The position numbers and the translations under genes are program-made. From positions 1,696,001-1,760,000 of the forward strand of contig OY970160.1 in NCBI GenBank assembly GCA_963706445.1: a stretch of 64,000 nucleotides of DNA, in the 5' to 3' direction. Numbering within the stretch: the first letter of the stretch is position 1; each line of letters starts with the position of its first letter. The stretch comes from an uncultured Nitrososphaerales archaeon. GTDB lineage: Archaea > Thermoproteota > Nitrososphaeria > Nitrososphaerales > Gagatemarchaeaceae. Positions 9,322-16,989 of this stretch are shown piece by piece. The notes beneath the pieces were generated by a model. It did no database searches, was not told the origin of the DNA, and saw only the letters and a list, made by a program, of their open reading frames with translations.

Positions 9322-10299
9322 ATGCTCGACATCCTGGCCATAGGAAGGGCAGGGGTAGACCTCTACTCGTTGGACTACGGCGAGCCAATCGAGGAGGTGA
9401 GGAGGTTCGCAAAATACGTGGGAGGCACGGCGGCGAACACGGTCATTGGAGGGTCGAGGCTCGGGCTGAAGTGCGCCCTCGTGAGCAGGGTGAGCGACGA
9501 CGAACTCGGGTCCTTCGTGGTCGACTTCTTGGCGGGGGAGGGGGTGGATGTTTCCCACGTCAGGAAAGACAGGCGGAGGAAGACCGGGATAGTGTTCGCC
9601 GAGATCTCGCCCGGGCGGGACGGGAAGTTCGTGTTCTACAGAGAGAATGCTGGAGACCTCTTCGTGACCAAGGCCGACGTCCCCGAGTCTCTGATCAGGT
9701 CAACGCGGTTGCTGCTCGTGACCGGAACAGGTCTCAGCAAGAATCCCTCGCTGAGGACGAACTTGCACGCCGCCGCCCTCGCGAAGCGCCTGAGGAAGAC
9801 GGTGGTCTTCAACCTCGATTGGAGGCCGTCGCTCTGGAACGTGAAGGTGCCAGAGAGGGTCAGGCGGTATCGGGATATGATGGAGCTGTCAGACGTCGTA
9901 ATCGGTAACCGGGGGGAGTACGCGGCGGCCTTCGGCCTTGACGACGCCGATGAAGCTGTTTCCGCCGTACCGCATGGTGTCAAGAAGGTCGTGGTAGTCA
10001 CGAGCGGAGAGAAGGGATCTGAAGTGAGTTGGGGCGGGGCAAATAAGAAGGCCGAGGGGTTCAAGGTGCCACTGCTCAAGGGACTGGGAGGCGGAGACGG
10101 ATTCATCGCAGGGTTCCTCTACGGGCATCTGAAGGGCTGGAAACCAATCAGTGCCGCAGTCTTCGGGAACGCGGTGGGCGCCATAGTAGTCACCGGGCAC
10201 GCGTGCTCAGAGTCGATGCCCCGGCTCAACCGGGTCGCCGGTTTCCTCAGGAAGAATGGTTATGCGTTCGACCAAGTGTCGGGACCCTCCAAACGCTAA
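9322..10299 (+). CDS. iolC: 5-dehydro-2-deoxygluconokinase (PfkB family)
   Basis: DILAIGRAGVDLY, KYVGGTAAN, FYREN, LDWRP.LW, LKGLGGGDGF, CSESMP are IolC-typical; start at ATG 9322. Confidence 0.9.
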   Translation: MLDILAIGRAGVDLYSLDYGEPIEEVRRFAKYVGGTAANTVIGGSRLGLKCALVSRVSDDELGSFVVDFLAGEGVDVSHVRKDRRRKTGIVFAEISPGRDGKFVFYRENAGDLFVTKADVPESLIRSTRLLLVTGTGLSKNPSLRTNLHAAALAKRLRKTVVFNLDWRPSLWNVKVPERVRRYRDMMELSDVVIGNRGEYAAAFGLDDADEAVSAVPHGVKKVVVVTSGEKGSEVSWGGANKKAEGFKVPLLKGLGGGDGFIAGFLYGHLKGWKPISAAVFGNAVGAIVVTGHACSESMPRLNRVAGFLRKNGYAFDQVSGPSKR

Positions 10300-10329
10300 A
10301 TACGCAGGTCTGAGTTTCGGGACCCAGAA

Positions 10330-11073
10330 ATGATGCACAGGGACACAGGTGCGGTCGATGAATTCGAGGAGCTCTGCTCAATCCCTGCGCTGAAGGTTCA
10401 GAGGTTGAGGATGCGAAACAAGTCCAGGGCCGGGAAGCTGACAGCGCCCGGCGCCGAGTCGTTGGTGACTCCGCTGAGCGGTTCACTGACGTTGACGATT
10501 GAAGGCGGGGAAACGTTGCAGCTGGCTGAGAAGGATGTCTGCTATCTTCCAAAGGGAGCGGCCTTCTCAGTCGAGGCGCATGGTGCCGCCGACGTGCTGT
10601 GGGCGCAGGCTCCTGCGGACAAAGTCTACCCTGCTTATGTCAAGCGCTTTTCTGAGATCAAGCCCGTGGTGTCGGGTTCAGACACCTATCGGAGGCACAT
10701 CTACACCGCCATCGGCGAGAAGGACCCCGCGAACAGGTTCATCGTCGGTTTCGTGGAGGGGGACGAAGGCAACTGGACAAGCTTCCCGCCTCACAGACAC
10801 GACGGCAAGCCTGAGGTCTACGTCTACTATGGGATGGGGAAGAGGTTCGGGATCCAGGTGGTCGCGGGGCAGGAAGACAGGGCCTACGTAGTGAGGGAAG
10901 GTGACGCAGTCCTGTTCGAGCGAGGGTACCACCCCAACGTCGCGACTCCCGGTGTCGGGATGAAGTTCGCGTGGATCATAAGCGCCGACCCGAAGGAGCG
11001 CAACCTTGCAGTGGAGCTGCACCCCGAATACAAGGACATGCCCATGGGGCAGACCCACCTGACGACGAAGTAG
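10330..11073 (+). CDS. iolB: 5-deoxy-glucuronate isomerase (IolB/KduI cupin)
   Basis: GNWTSFPPHRHD...EVYVY, GYHP.VA.PG motifs. Confidence 0.9.
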   Translation: MMHRDTGAVDEFEELCSIPALKVQRLRMRNKSRAGKLTAPGAESLVTPLSGSLTLTIEGGETLQLAEKDVCYLPKGAAFSVEAHGAADVLWAQAPADKVYPAYVKRFSEIKPVVSGSDTYRRHIYTAIGEKDPANRFIVGFVEGDEGNWTSFPPHRHDGKPEVYVYYGMGKRFGIQVVAGQEDRAYVVREGDAVLFERGYHPNVATPGVGMKFAWIISADPKERNLAVELHPEYKDMPMGQTHLTTK

Positions 11074-11076
11074 GCC

Positions 11077-12543
11077 CTACCAGCGGGAAATCGTTACCTT
11101 GCGGTCGGTGAAGAAGTCAACCGAGTCCGCCTGCGGGTGCAGGACCCCGAAGAACGATTCGCGCATCCCCCCGAACGGGAAGTAGGCCGAAGGGGCCGCC
11201 ACCCCAATGTTAATCCCGATGTTCCCGGCGCGGACCCGCCTTCTGAACTCTCGCGCCTGTCCTCCGTCAGTGGTGAAGAGGCTTGCCATGTTTCCAAACT
11301 TCGTCCTGGTGTTTATGGTGTCGATGGCTGCGTCCAGACTGTCTACCTGCATTGTGCTGGCAACAGGGCCGAATATCTCCTCCTTCGCGATGGTCATTTC
11401 GGGGGAGACACCGTCGAAGACCGTGGCGCCCAGGTAGTAGCCGTCGGGATATTCCTGGACCATGGCGCCCCGCCCGTCGCTGACCACCTTGGCTCCCTCG
11501 TCGATGCCCTTCTGCAGGAGGGACTCGATCCTTTCCTTTGCCCTTTTCGAGACCACGGGCCCCATTTCGGTCTGCGGAGAGAGGCCGTTGCCGACCCTGA
11601 GTGCCCCAGCGATTCTTGAGAATTTTTCGATGAGCTCTTGCTTGACGGGACCGACGGCCAGCAGGTTCGCTCCCGCGAGGCGGCGCTGCCCCGTGTTGCC
11701 GAAGAATGAGGAGACAATAGCCGGGACTGCGGTGTCTAGCCTCGCCTCCTTCGTGACCACTATGCTGTTCTTCGCCCCTCCGTTCGCTATAGCTCGCTTC
11801 CCCGCCTCCCCTGCGAGCCGGTAGACCGTCTTTGCGACAGGGGTCGACCCGACGAAGGTCACACCTCTGACGCTATCGTTCTTGATGAGCGACTCCACTA
11901 CTTCAGCGCCGCCGTGGACCATGTTGAACACACCTGGAGGAAGCTTTACCTCATCGTGGATGAGTTCGGCCATTCTCTGCATGGGGACCGGAGTTAGATC
12001 GCTGGGCTTGACGACCACGGTGTCGCCGAGCACGATCGCATACGGAAGGAACCAGAACGGGATCATCAGTGGGAAGTTGAAGGGGCATACGATTGCGAAG
12101 ACCCCCAGTGGCTCCTTGGTGGTCTGGGTGTCCACCCCCTTTGAAATCTGGTCGATGTTGGAGCCCTTCGCATTGGTGTAGGCTAAGGAGATCGCAGCCT
12201 CCACGTTCTCGATTGTCCTCCTCACGTCCCCTCGGCTTTCTGTCAGCGTCTTGCCGTGGTTGAGGGTGTTCAGGGTAGCGAGCTCTTCGGCGTTGGCTTC
12301 CATCACCTCCTTGAGCCTGAAAAGGTACTGGACCCTTTCCCCGACCGTCGTCTCCTTCCAAGCCTCGAATGCGCCTGCCGCAGCAGAAGTTGCACGACCG
12401 ACCTCCTCCTTGGTGCTGAACGGGATTTGGGCAATCTGCCTCCCCTCGGCAGGATTGAAGATCGGACGTGACTCCCCAGACTCGGATACGACCCAGTCCC
12501 CCCCGATCAGGAGCTTCAGTTTGCCGAAATCTTGCGATGGCAC
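11077..12543 (-). CDS. mmsA: CoA-acylating (methyl)malonate-semialdehyde dehydrogenase (IolA/MmsA); the catalytic Cys position reads Arg
   Basis: PFNFPLMIPFW, KPS, FVGSTPVA, GGAKN, EEIFGPV, FPFGG motifs; GQRRLA instead of GQRCLA; start GTG 12543 inferred from an upstream TATA-like element. Confidence 0.85.
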   Translation of the reverse strand: MPSQDFGKLKLLIGGDWVVSESGESRPIFNPAEGRQIAQIPFSTKEEVGRATSAAAGAFEAWKETTVGERVQYLFRLKEVMEANAEELATLNTLNHGKTLTESRGDVRRTIENVEAAISLAYTNAKGSNIDQISKGVDTQTTKEPLGVFAIVCPFNFPLMIPFWFLPYAIVLGDTVVVKPSDLTPVPMQRMAELIHDEVKLPPGVFNMVHGGAEVVESLIKNDSVRGVTFVGSTPVAKTVYRLAGEAGKRAIANGGAKNSIVVTKEARLDTAVPAIVSSFFGNTGQRRLAGANLLAVGPVKQELIEKFSRIAGALRVGNGLSPQTEMGPVVSKRAKERIESLLQKGIDEGAKVVSDGRGAMVQEYPDGYYLGATVFDGVSPEMTIAKEEIFGPVASTMQVDSLDAAIDTINTRTKFGNMASLFTTDGGQAREFRRRVRAGNIGINIGVAAPSAYFPFGGMRESFFGVLHPQADSVDFFTDRKVTISRW

Positions 12544-12630
12544 CGGCGATTCAGGGGCATGAAAGTGGGTAATAAAGCTCGGAGCCTCCCTGCAAAACTT
12601 CATTACTCGTCGCGCCTTTCTGTCGGTGAC

Positions 12631-12906
12631 TTGACAGAGGTGCGTCAGGCCCACATGCCAGGGAACTACGAGCTCTACAACCAGGCTTCGAATAGATTGG
12701 GTCCGACGATCTGCAAACACTGCTGGGAGGAGGACGAGAAGGAGAACCCGGGACCTCTCAACACTGTGTGGGTGACATCTGGAGGACGGCAGATGGTATG
12801 GTGGCTCTGCGCAGGCTGCACCGAGTCGGTCAGAAGTGGGGACGACGAGTCAGTCAGATTCGTGAAGAGCACCCGGGGCCTGATTGCGTCTCCCAGATTC
12901 AACTGA
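12631..12906 (+). CDS. Small hypothetical protein with two CxxC pairs (putative zinc finger)
   Basis: CKHC...CAGC; fills the gap between flanking genes; start uncertain (TTG 12631 or ATG 12655). Confidence 0.55.
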   Translation: MTEVRQAHMPGNYELYNQASNRLGPTICKHCWEEDEKENPGPLNTVWVTSGGRQMVWWLCAGCTESVRSGDDESVRFVKSTRGLIASPRFN

Positions 12907-12915
12907 CCGCTTCCG

Positions 12916-14628
12916 CTATGCCGTACCGTACGCTTTCCTTTTGACGGGCGAACCTGAATGACCCTTGAACCGCTCTTCCTCCCAGATGTCGGCCCTTTCG
13001 TGGTAGCCGTACATCTCCCAGTACCCGTCCCGGTAGTCGGGGATCAGCTCCATCCTGTTGACCCACTTGGCGCTCTTCCATGCATAGAGCCCAGGGATGA
13101 ACGGTCTCGCAGGGAACCCCTGTTCGGCGCTGAGAGGCTTGCCGTTCAGTTTGAAGGCCAGGATTGAGTCGTCCTTCAGCGCGTCCTCCAGAGGGACGGG
13201 CGTGGTGTAGCCGTCGGCGCAGTGGAACATCAGCCATTTGGCATCCGGGCTGACCCCGGCAAGAGAAAGGAGCTTGTTGAGGAGAACCCCTTCCCAAGCA
13301 ACGTCCTTGATGCTCCAGCGGGTCACGCAGTCCTGCGTTACGAAAGGCGACAGCATCGTGTATCCGGGCGCTTGGAAATCGTATACCGTCCCGCTATAAT
13401 CCTCTTCCCATAACTTTCGTATCGGATAATAGAAGCCGTCTGGAGTTTCCCAATAATGGAATCTGTTAATCTTATTCAGACTTGGGAAGTCGGACAATAG
13501 CAATCTTACTTTGTCCCCTCGTGCCCGAATGCTGAAAGCGTCTTTGACAGAACCTGGGTGATTGACTACGGCAGCCGGAATCTCCAGCTTCGAGAAGGCC
13601 AAGATGAGTTGGTAAGCAAGAATTTGTGATGAAGTAGTGTCGTCAATGAAATCGCTCCGCCTGTCGTTCCTTCCGGTATAGACAGGTGAGTATCCGTCTC
13701 CCTTGAAGTAGCTGTCCAAGAACGCCCGAAGAATTGGTCTCTTTGAATTCAAAATGAAATCTGGTATCTTCCTGGATTCGGCCTCGTCTCCGCACCAAAG
13801 TTTCAGAGTCCGAGAAAGTTCTCTTGTCTTGCTTGAGGTTACGACAATCTTCCGTAGCGTTCCCCTTTGGTTCCCATAGATTGAGGTTCTCGCGCCGAAC
13901 AGTTCTGACAGGTCCGACCTCAGCTTCTTAATGTCCTCGTCGTCGTCTTCGTTGCTTAGGGAGAATGCCACCCCTCTCCTTTCGCTGTCGGCCCCCGACC
14001 CTTCGGCAACGTACCAACCCAGAACGGAAGCGAGCTTCTCGTCAATCTTCAACCGTTGATTCCCAATCCGGACAAATTCCTGATTGGAAATCTGTCGATA
14101 CTTGGGGAAGAACACATAGTCGCCTAAGTTGAGTTCGTCTGCCCTAGACCAGACCGGAGACGGATTGTCACTGAATGTCTTCTCTCTGCGCCTACTTCGA
14201 GATTTGCCTTCGCCGGGGTGCGCTCTGATGGTGAGAACAGGATGCTCTGGCGTCACCAGGACTGGCGGAAGATAGGATGCCTTTATGCCTACCACATGAC
14301 CATTGTGGGTCCGGTGCACTAGCTTCCGAACCTTATGTTTTAGCCCGTCTCTGCCCACTATGTAGTCTCCAAGCTTGACCTCTTCGATTCCCTTGGGCTC
14401 TGGGTTCGCATAGACCATACTGCCAGGAACTAGGCAATGGAACGACCGTACGTTGCCGTCCTGCGGACGGGTGGTGAGTTGGTCGTAGGAATACTCTTGG
14501 GGGGCGGTGACCAGACCGTCGACCTTGAGCTTCCATTGGCTGGGATCTATCCTCGGGATTCCAAGAGCGGCGTAGATGACGAACTTCTTCCCCCAGACCT
14601 GGTTTGGAGGGAGGGCTTCTTCGGACAA
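12916..14628 (-). CDS. Sulfite oxidase-like molybdopterin oxidoreductase (YuiH/MsrP-like, about 201 aa once spliced) interrupted by an intein
   Basis: Exteins join to ...RSFH|CVTRWS...GYTT.VPL...NGKPLSAEQGFPAR...YAWKSAKWV...GYWE..GYH, the Oxidored_molyb pattern. Confidence 0.92.
   Translation of the reverse strand: MSEEALPPNQVWGKKFVIYAALGIPRIDPSQWKLKVDGLVTAPQEYSYDQLTTRPQDGNVRSFHCLVPGSMVYANPEPKGIEEVKLGDYIVGRDGLKHKVRKLVHRTHNGHVVGIKASYLPPVLVTPEHPVLTIRAHPGEGKSRSRRREKTFSDNPSPVWSRADELNLGDYVFFPKYRQISNQEFVRIGNQRLKIDEKLASVLGWYVAEGSGADSERRGVAFSLSNEDDDEDIKKLRSDLSELFGARTSIYGNQRGTLRKIVVTSSKTRELSRTLKLWCGDEAESRKIPDFILNSKRPILRAFLDSYFKGDGYSPVYTGRNDRRSDFIDDTTSSQILAYQLILAFSKLEIPAAVVNHPGSVKDAFSIRARGDKVRLLLSDFPSLNKINRFHYWETPDGFYYPIRKLWEEDYSGTVYDFQAPGYTMLSPFVTQDCVTRWSIKDVAWEGVLLNKLLSLAGVSPDAKWLMFHCADGYTTPVPLEDALKDDSILAFKLNGKPLSAEQGFPARPFIPGLYAWKSAKWVNRMELIPDYRDGYWEMYGYHERADIWEEERFKGHSGSPVKRKAYGTA
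13330..14436 (-). mobile_element. Intein (369 aa) with LAGLIDADG homing endonuclease
   Basis: Block A CLVPGSMV, block B VTPEHP, EN motifs LGWYVAEGS and LDSYFKGDG, block F VYDF, ends TQD before Cys+1; visibly more AT-rich than the flanks. Confidence 0.93.
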
Positions 14629-14683
14629 CTGGCTGTTAGGGGCAGGGACTCTAAGTAAACGTTCCTTTGCGCGGAGCCTCTGC

Positions 14684-15103
14684 CTAGGGCTCGTCCTCGA
14701 GCCCTGACAACGTCTCGATCAGCGATAGCGTGCTCTGGAAGACGTCGGTCTGAGTGATACGACCGACAATCTTTCCGTCATCCATCACGAAGAGGCGCCT
14801 GATTTCTTTGGCCGACATGAGCTCCATCGCGTCTCTGATGGTCGCATCCTTTCCCACTGTAATCAGAGGCCTGGATTCGATGACCCCGACGTAGGTCTTG
14901 GAGGGAGATAGCCCCTTCCCGAGGCACCTCCGAATGATGTCCCTTTCCGTCACGACCCCTTCGGGACGACCCTGCCTCTCCACGACAAGGGACCAGACGT
15001 TGTTCTTGATCATCATCTTGATCGCTTCCTCCGCGGTCGCGCTTACGTCCAAGGAGAACACTTTCTTGTCCATGGCGTCTTTGACTTTCAGGGCTATTGG
15101 CAT
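14684..15103 (-). CDS. CBS-pair domain protein
   Basis: KVKDAM, GVVTERDI, IRRLFV.DDGKIVGRIT..D. Confidence 0.9.
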   Translation of the reverse strand: MPIALKVKDAMDKKVFSLDVSATAEEAIKMMIKNNVWSLVVERQGRPEGVVTERDIIRRCLGKGLSPSKTYVGVIESRPLITVGKDATIRDAMELMSAKEIRRLFVMDDGKIVGRITQTDVFQSTLSLIETLSGLEDEP

Positions 15104-15274
15104 CTTGCTTCGCCCTCATTCTCCGGCGGGTGCTCTTAACCTTGGCAGACGATTCCCAATTCAGGGAGCTGGCTGGGGTGCGCCCGGCTCCTCGGCCCAG
15201 TACGACATGGGCCCACGGCTCATGAGCCCTTTCTCACATTACAATGCCATGGGGCTACTGAGGGGCTTGGGGAT

Positions 15275-15733
15275 TCATTTGCCTTTATAGCAGAAGTAGG
15301 GGTAACCGCCGTTGACCATGCTCACCGCCATGTCCACAATCCTCTCGGACACCTCCTTCCACCGGGAGTCCCAGTCGATTCCTTCGACCACGAACTCCTT
15401 CTCGTCGCTGCCTGCCCTCGAGGCGACCTGCTTCAGAATAGCCTTGCCGTAGAACGGCTTAACGATCCGCACCTGCCACTTGTTGCACGACATCTTCCTC
15501 CCCTCGGACTTGTAGTACCGGCAGGCTGTGCAGTAGTTCGACAGCCAGATTATCTCCTTGGTGCGCTTGACTGACTTCCCTATTTCCTCGAGGAGCCGCT
15601 CGGACTCCTTGCGGATCATGTCCGCTAGCTCCTTCTGGCCCTGCTCGGTGTTGGTGTAGTAGTCCGGGTCCCTGGCTAGGGCCTTCCACCAGCTGGCGTA
15701 CTCTTCTGTCTCCTCGCTCAGGGCATCGGTCAA
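15275..15733 (-). CDS. Hypothetical protein with Cys cluster (CxxC...C...C)
   Basis: 152-aa ORF with genome-typical codon usage and an upstream TATA-like TTTTATTAA. Confidence 0.7.
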   Translation of the reverse strand: MTDALSEETEEYASWWKALARDPDYYTNTEQGQKELADMIRKESERLLEEIGKSVKRTKEIIWLSNYCTACRYYKSEGRKMSCNKWQVRIVKPFYGKAILKQVASRAGSDEKEFVVEGIDWDSRWKEVSERIVDMAVSMVNGGYPYFCYKGK

Positions 15734-15855
15734 GGCTCGAATATGAGGTGCCCGAAGTTAATAAAATCGAGTGGACAAATCACACATGTGGTCAGTGACA
15801 GATAGAACAATTCAACCCACCGAACGGATAAATAGAGAAATCAGCCGAAACGTTC

Positions 15856-15946
15856 GGTCTGGCACGCAGCGTGCTTCGACGGGCGATCAGGACTGGCGCA
15901 AGCCAGGATGATGACAGTATTGCTCGCGTGTCAGGCCATAATCACA
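15856..15946 (+). ncRNA. Candidate k-turn-containing structured RNA (H/ACA-guide-like)
   Basis: TATA-like ATAAATA at 15828-15834; 12-bp stem 15856-15867/15926-15937 with two GU pairs; CTGGC-GCAA-GCCAG apical hairpin flanked by GA and GAT-GA k-turn elements; AUA and ACA just 3' of the stem. Confidence 0.55.
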
Positions 15947-16061
15947 GACTTTACAGCTCTGGGATCTTCGAGTACGACTGTTTTGATTGATGCTCTGATT
16001 TGGCGGTTACTCTCGCTTGGCTGGTGAAGGCTGAAATAGGTCTAGGAGATTTGGAAGCCCT

Positions 16062-16352
16062 ATGCCTGCCTATATCTCCCTGGTGAAATGGACTGACCAA
16101 GGAATACGGAGTGTCAAGGAGTCGCCGAAGAGAGCCAAAGCGGCAAGGGAAGCAGCACAAAAGTTGGGCGGAAAGATGTGGCTGTGGTACACGATGGGAA
16201 AATATGACTTGGTTGCCGTCAGCGAGTTCCCCGACGACGCCGCAGCTCAGAAATTCCTCTATATGCTTGGCAGCCAAGGGAACGTACGAACTACGACCCT
16301 GAAGGCTTGGAGTGAAGAAGAAGCAGCAGGACTGATTGGGCAATTGCCCTAG
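16062..16352 (+). CDS. GYD domain protein
   Basis: MP.YI.L..WTDQG...R, TMGKYD, GNVRTTTL.A. Confidence 0.9.
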   Translation: MPAYISLVKWTDQGIRSVKESPKRAKAAREAAQKLGGKMWLWYTMGKYDLVAVSEFPDDAAAQKFLYMLGSQGNVRTTTLKAWSEEEAAGLIGQLP

Positions 16353-16375
16353 AGATCCAGGCAGTCCATATTCCT

Positions 16376-16984
16376 CTATTTCTCACACGAAGTGATGCCT
16401 CTGCTGCGTGCCGCCAATTCTTTGAGGACCGCCCCTGATGTCGTGAGTCTGACGCCTGCCTTCTCCAGTTCCTCGAGCGCTCTGTCGCCGTCCCCAGGTT
16501 GGACATCCGCCGGCCTGATGCAGTCCTTGAGGACTTCCACCTCGAAGGCGAGTTGACGGGCGTCGAGGGCGCTCTGCCGGACGCAGTAATCAGTCGTCAA
16601 ACCGCCGAGGAAGATCCGGCTCACCCCAAGGTTCCGCAACCTCAAAGACAGGTCGGTGCCTTGGAATCCAGAGTATGCTTCCGCGTCGCTTTGGTCCCCC
16701 TTACTGATGACAGATGCGTCTGCTGGAACCAACAGGTCGGCATGGAATTCGGCCCCAGGCGTGCCCTGGACGCAGTGCGAAGGCCACATACCCCCTTGAT
16801 CTTTGAAGGAGATGTGGTCCCTTGGGTGCCAGTCCCTGGTGAAGAAGATGGGGAGGCCCGACCTTTCGAAGGCCCCGATGACGGAGTTCAGCCCCGGCAC
16901 AACTTGGTCCCCTTCTTTCACAACCAAAGAACCACCTGGGCAGAAGTCCCTCTGGACATCAACGACCAACAGGGCCGACCGCAT
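16376..16984 (-). CDS. pncA: Nicotinamidase (isochorismatase family)
   Basis: ALLVVDVQRDFCPGGSL, DWHP..H, WP.HCVQGT.GA, K...EAYSGF, TDYCV; start ATG 16984. Confidence 0.93.
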   Translation of the reverse strand: MRSALLVVDVQRDFCPGGSLVVKEGDQVVPGLNSVIGAFERSGLPIFFTRDWHPRDHISFKDQGGMWPSHCVQGTPGAEFHADLLVPADASVISKGDQSDAEAYSGFQGTDLSLRLRNLGVSRIFLGGLTTDYCVRQSALDARQLAFEVEVLKDCIRPADVQPGDGDRALEELEKAGVRLTTSGAVLKELAARSRGITSCEK

Positions 16985-16989
16985 AGGGT

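Noticed and set aside
15120-15274. Several hairpins and palindromes between the CBS gene and the 15275-15733 gene
   Set aside because: No promoter or recognisable motif; short GC-rich stems are expected by chance
15881-15920. Fluoride riboswitch or hammerhead ribozyme (GGCGAT...TGATGAC)
   Set aside because: Lacks the GUUCGCC partner and pseudoknot of the fluoride riboswitch and the CUGANGA/GAAA hammerhead core
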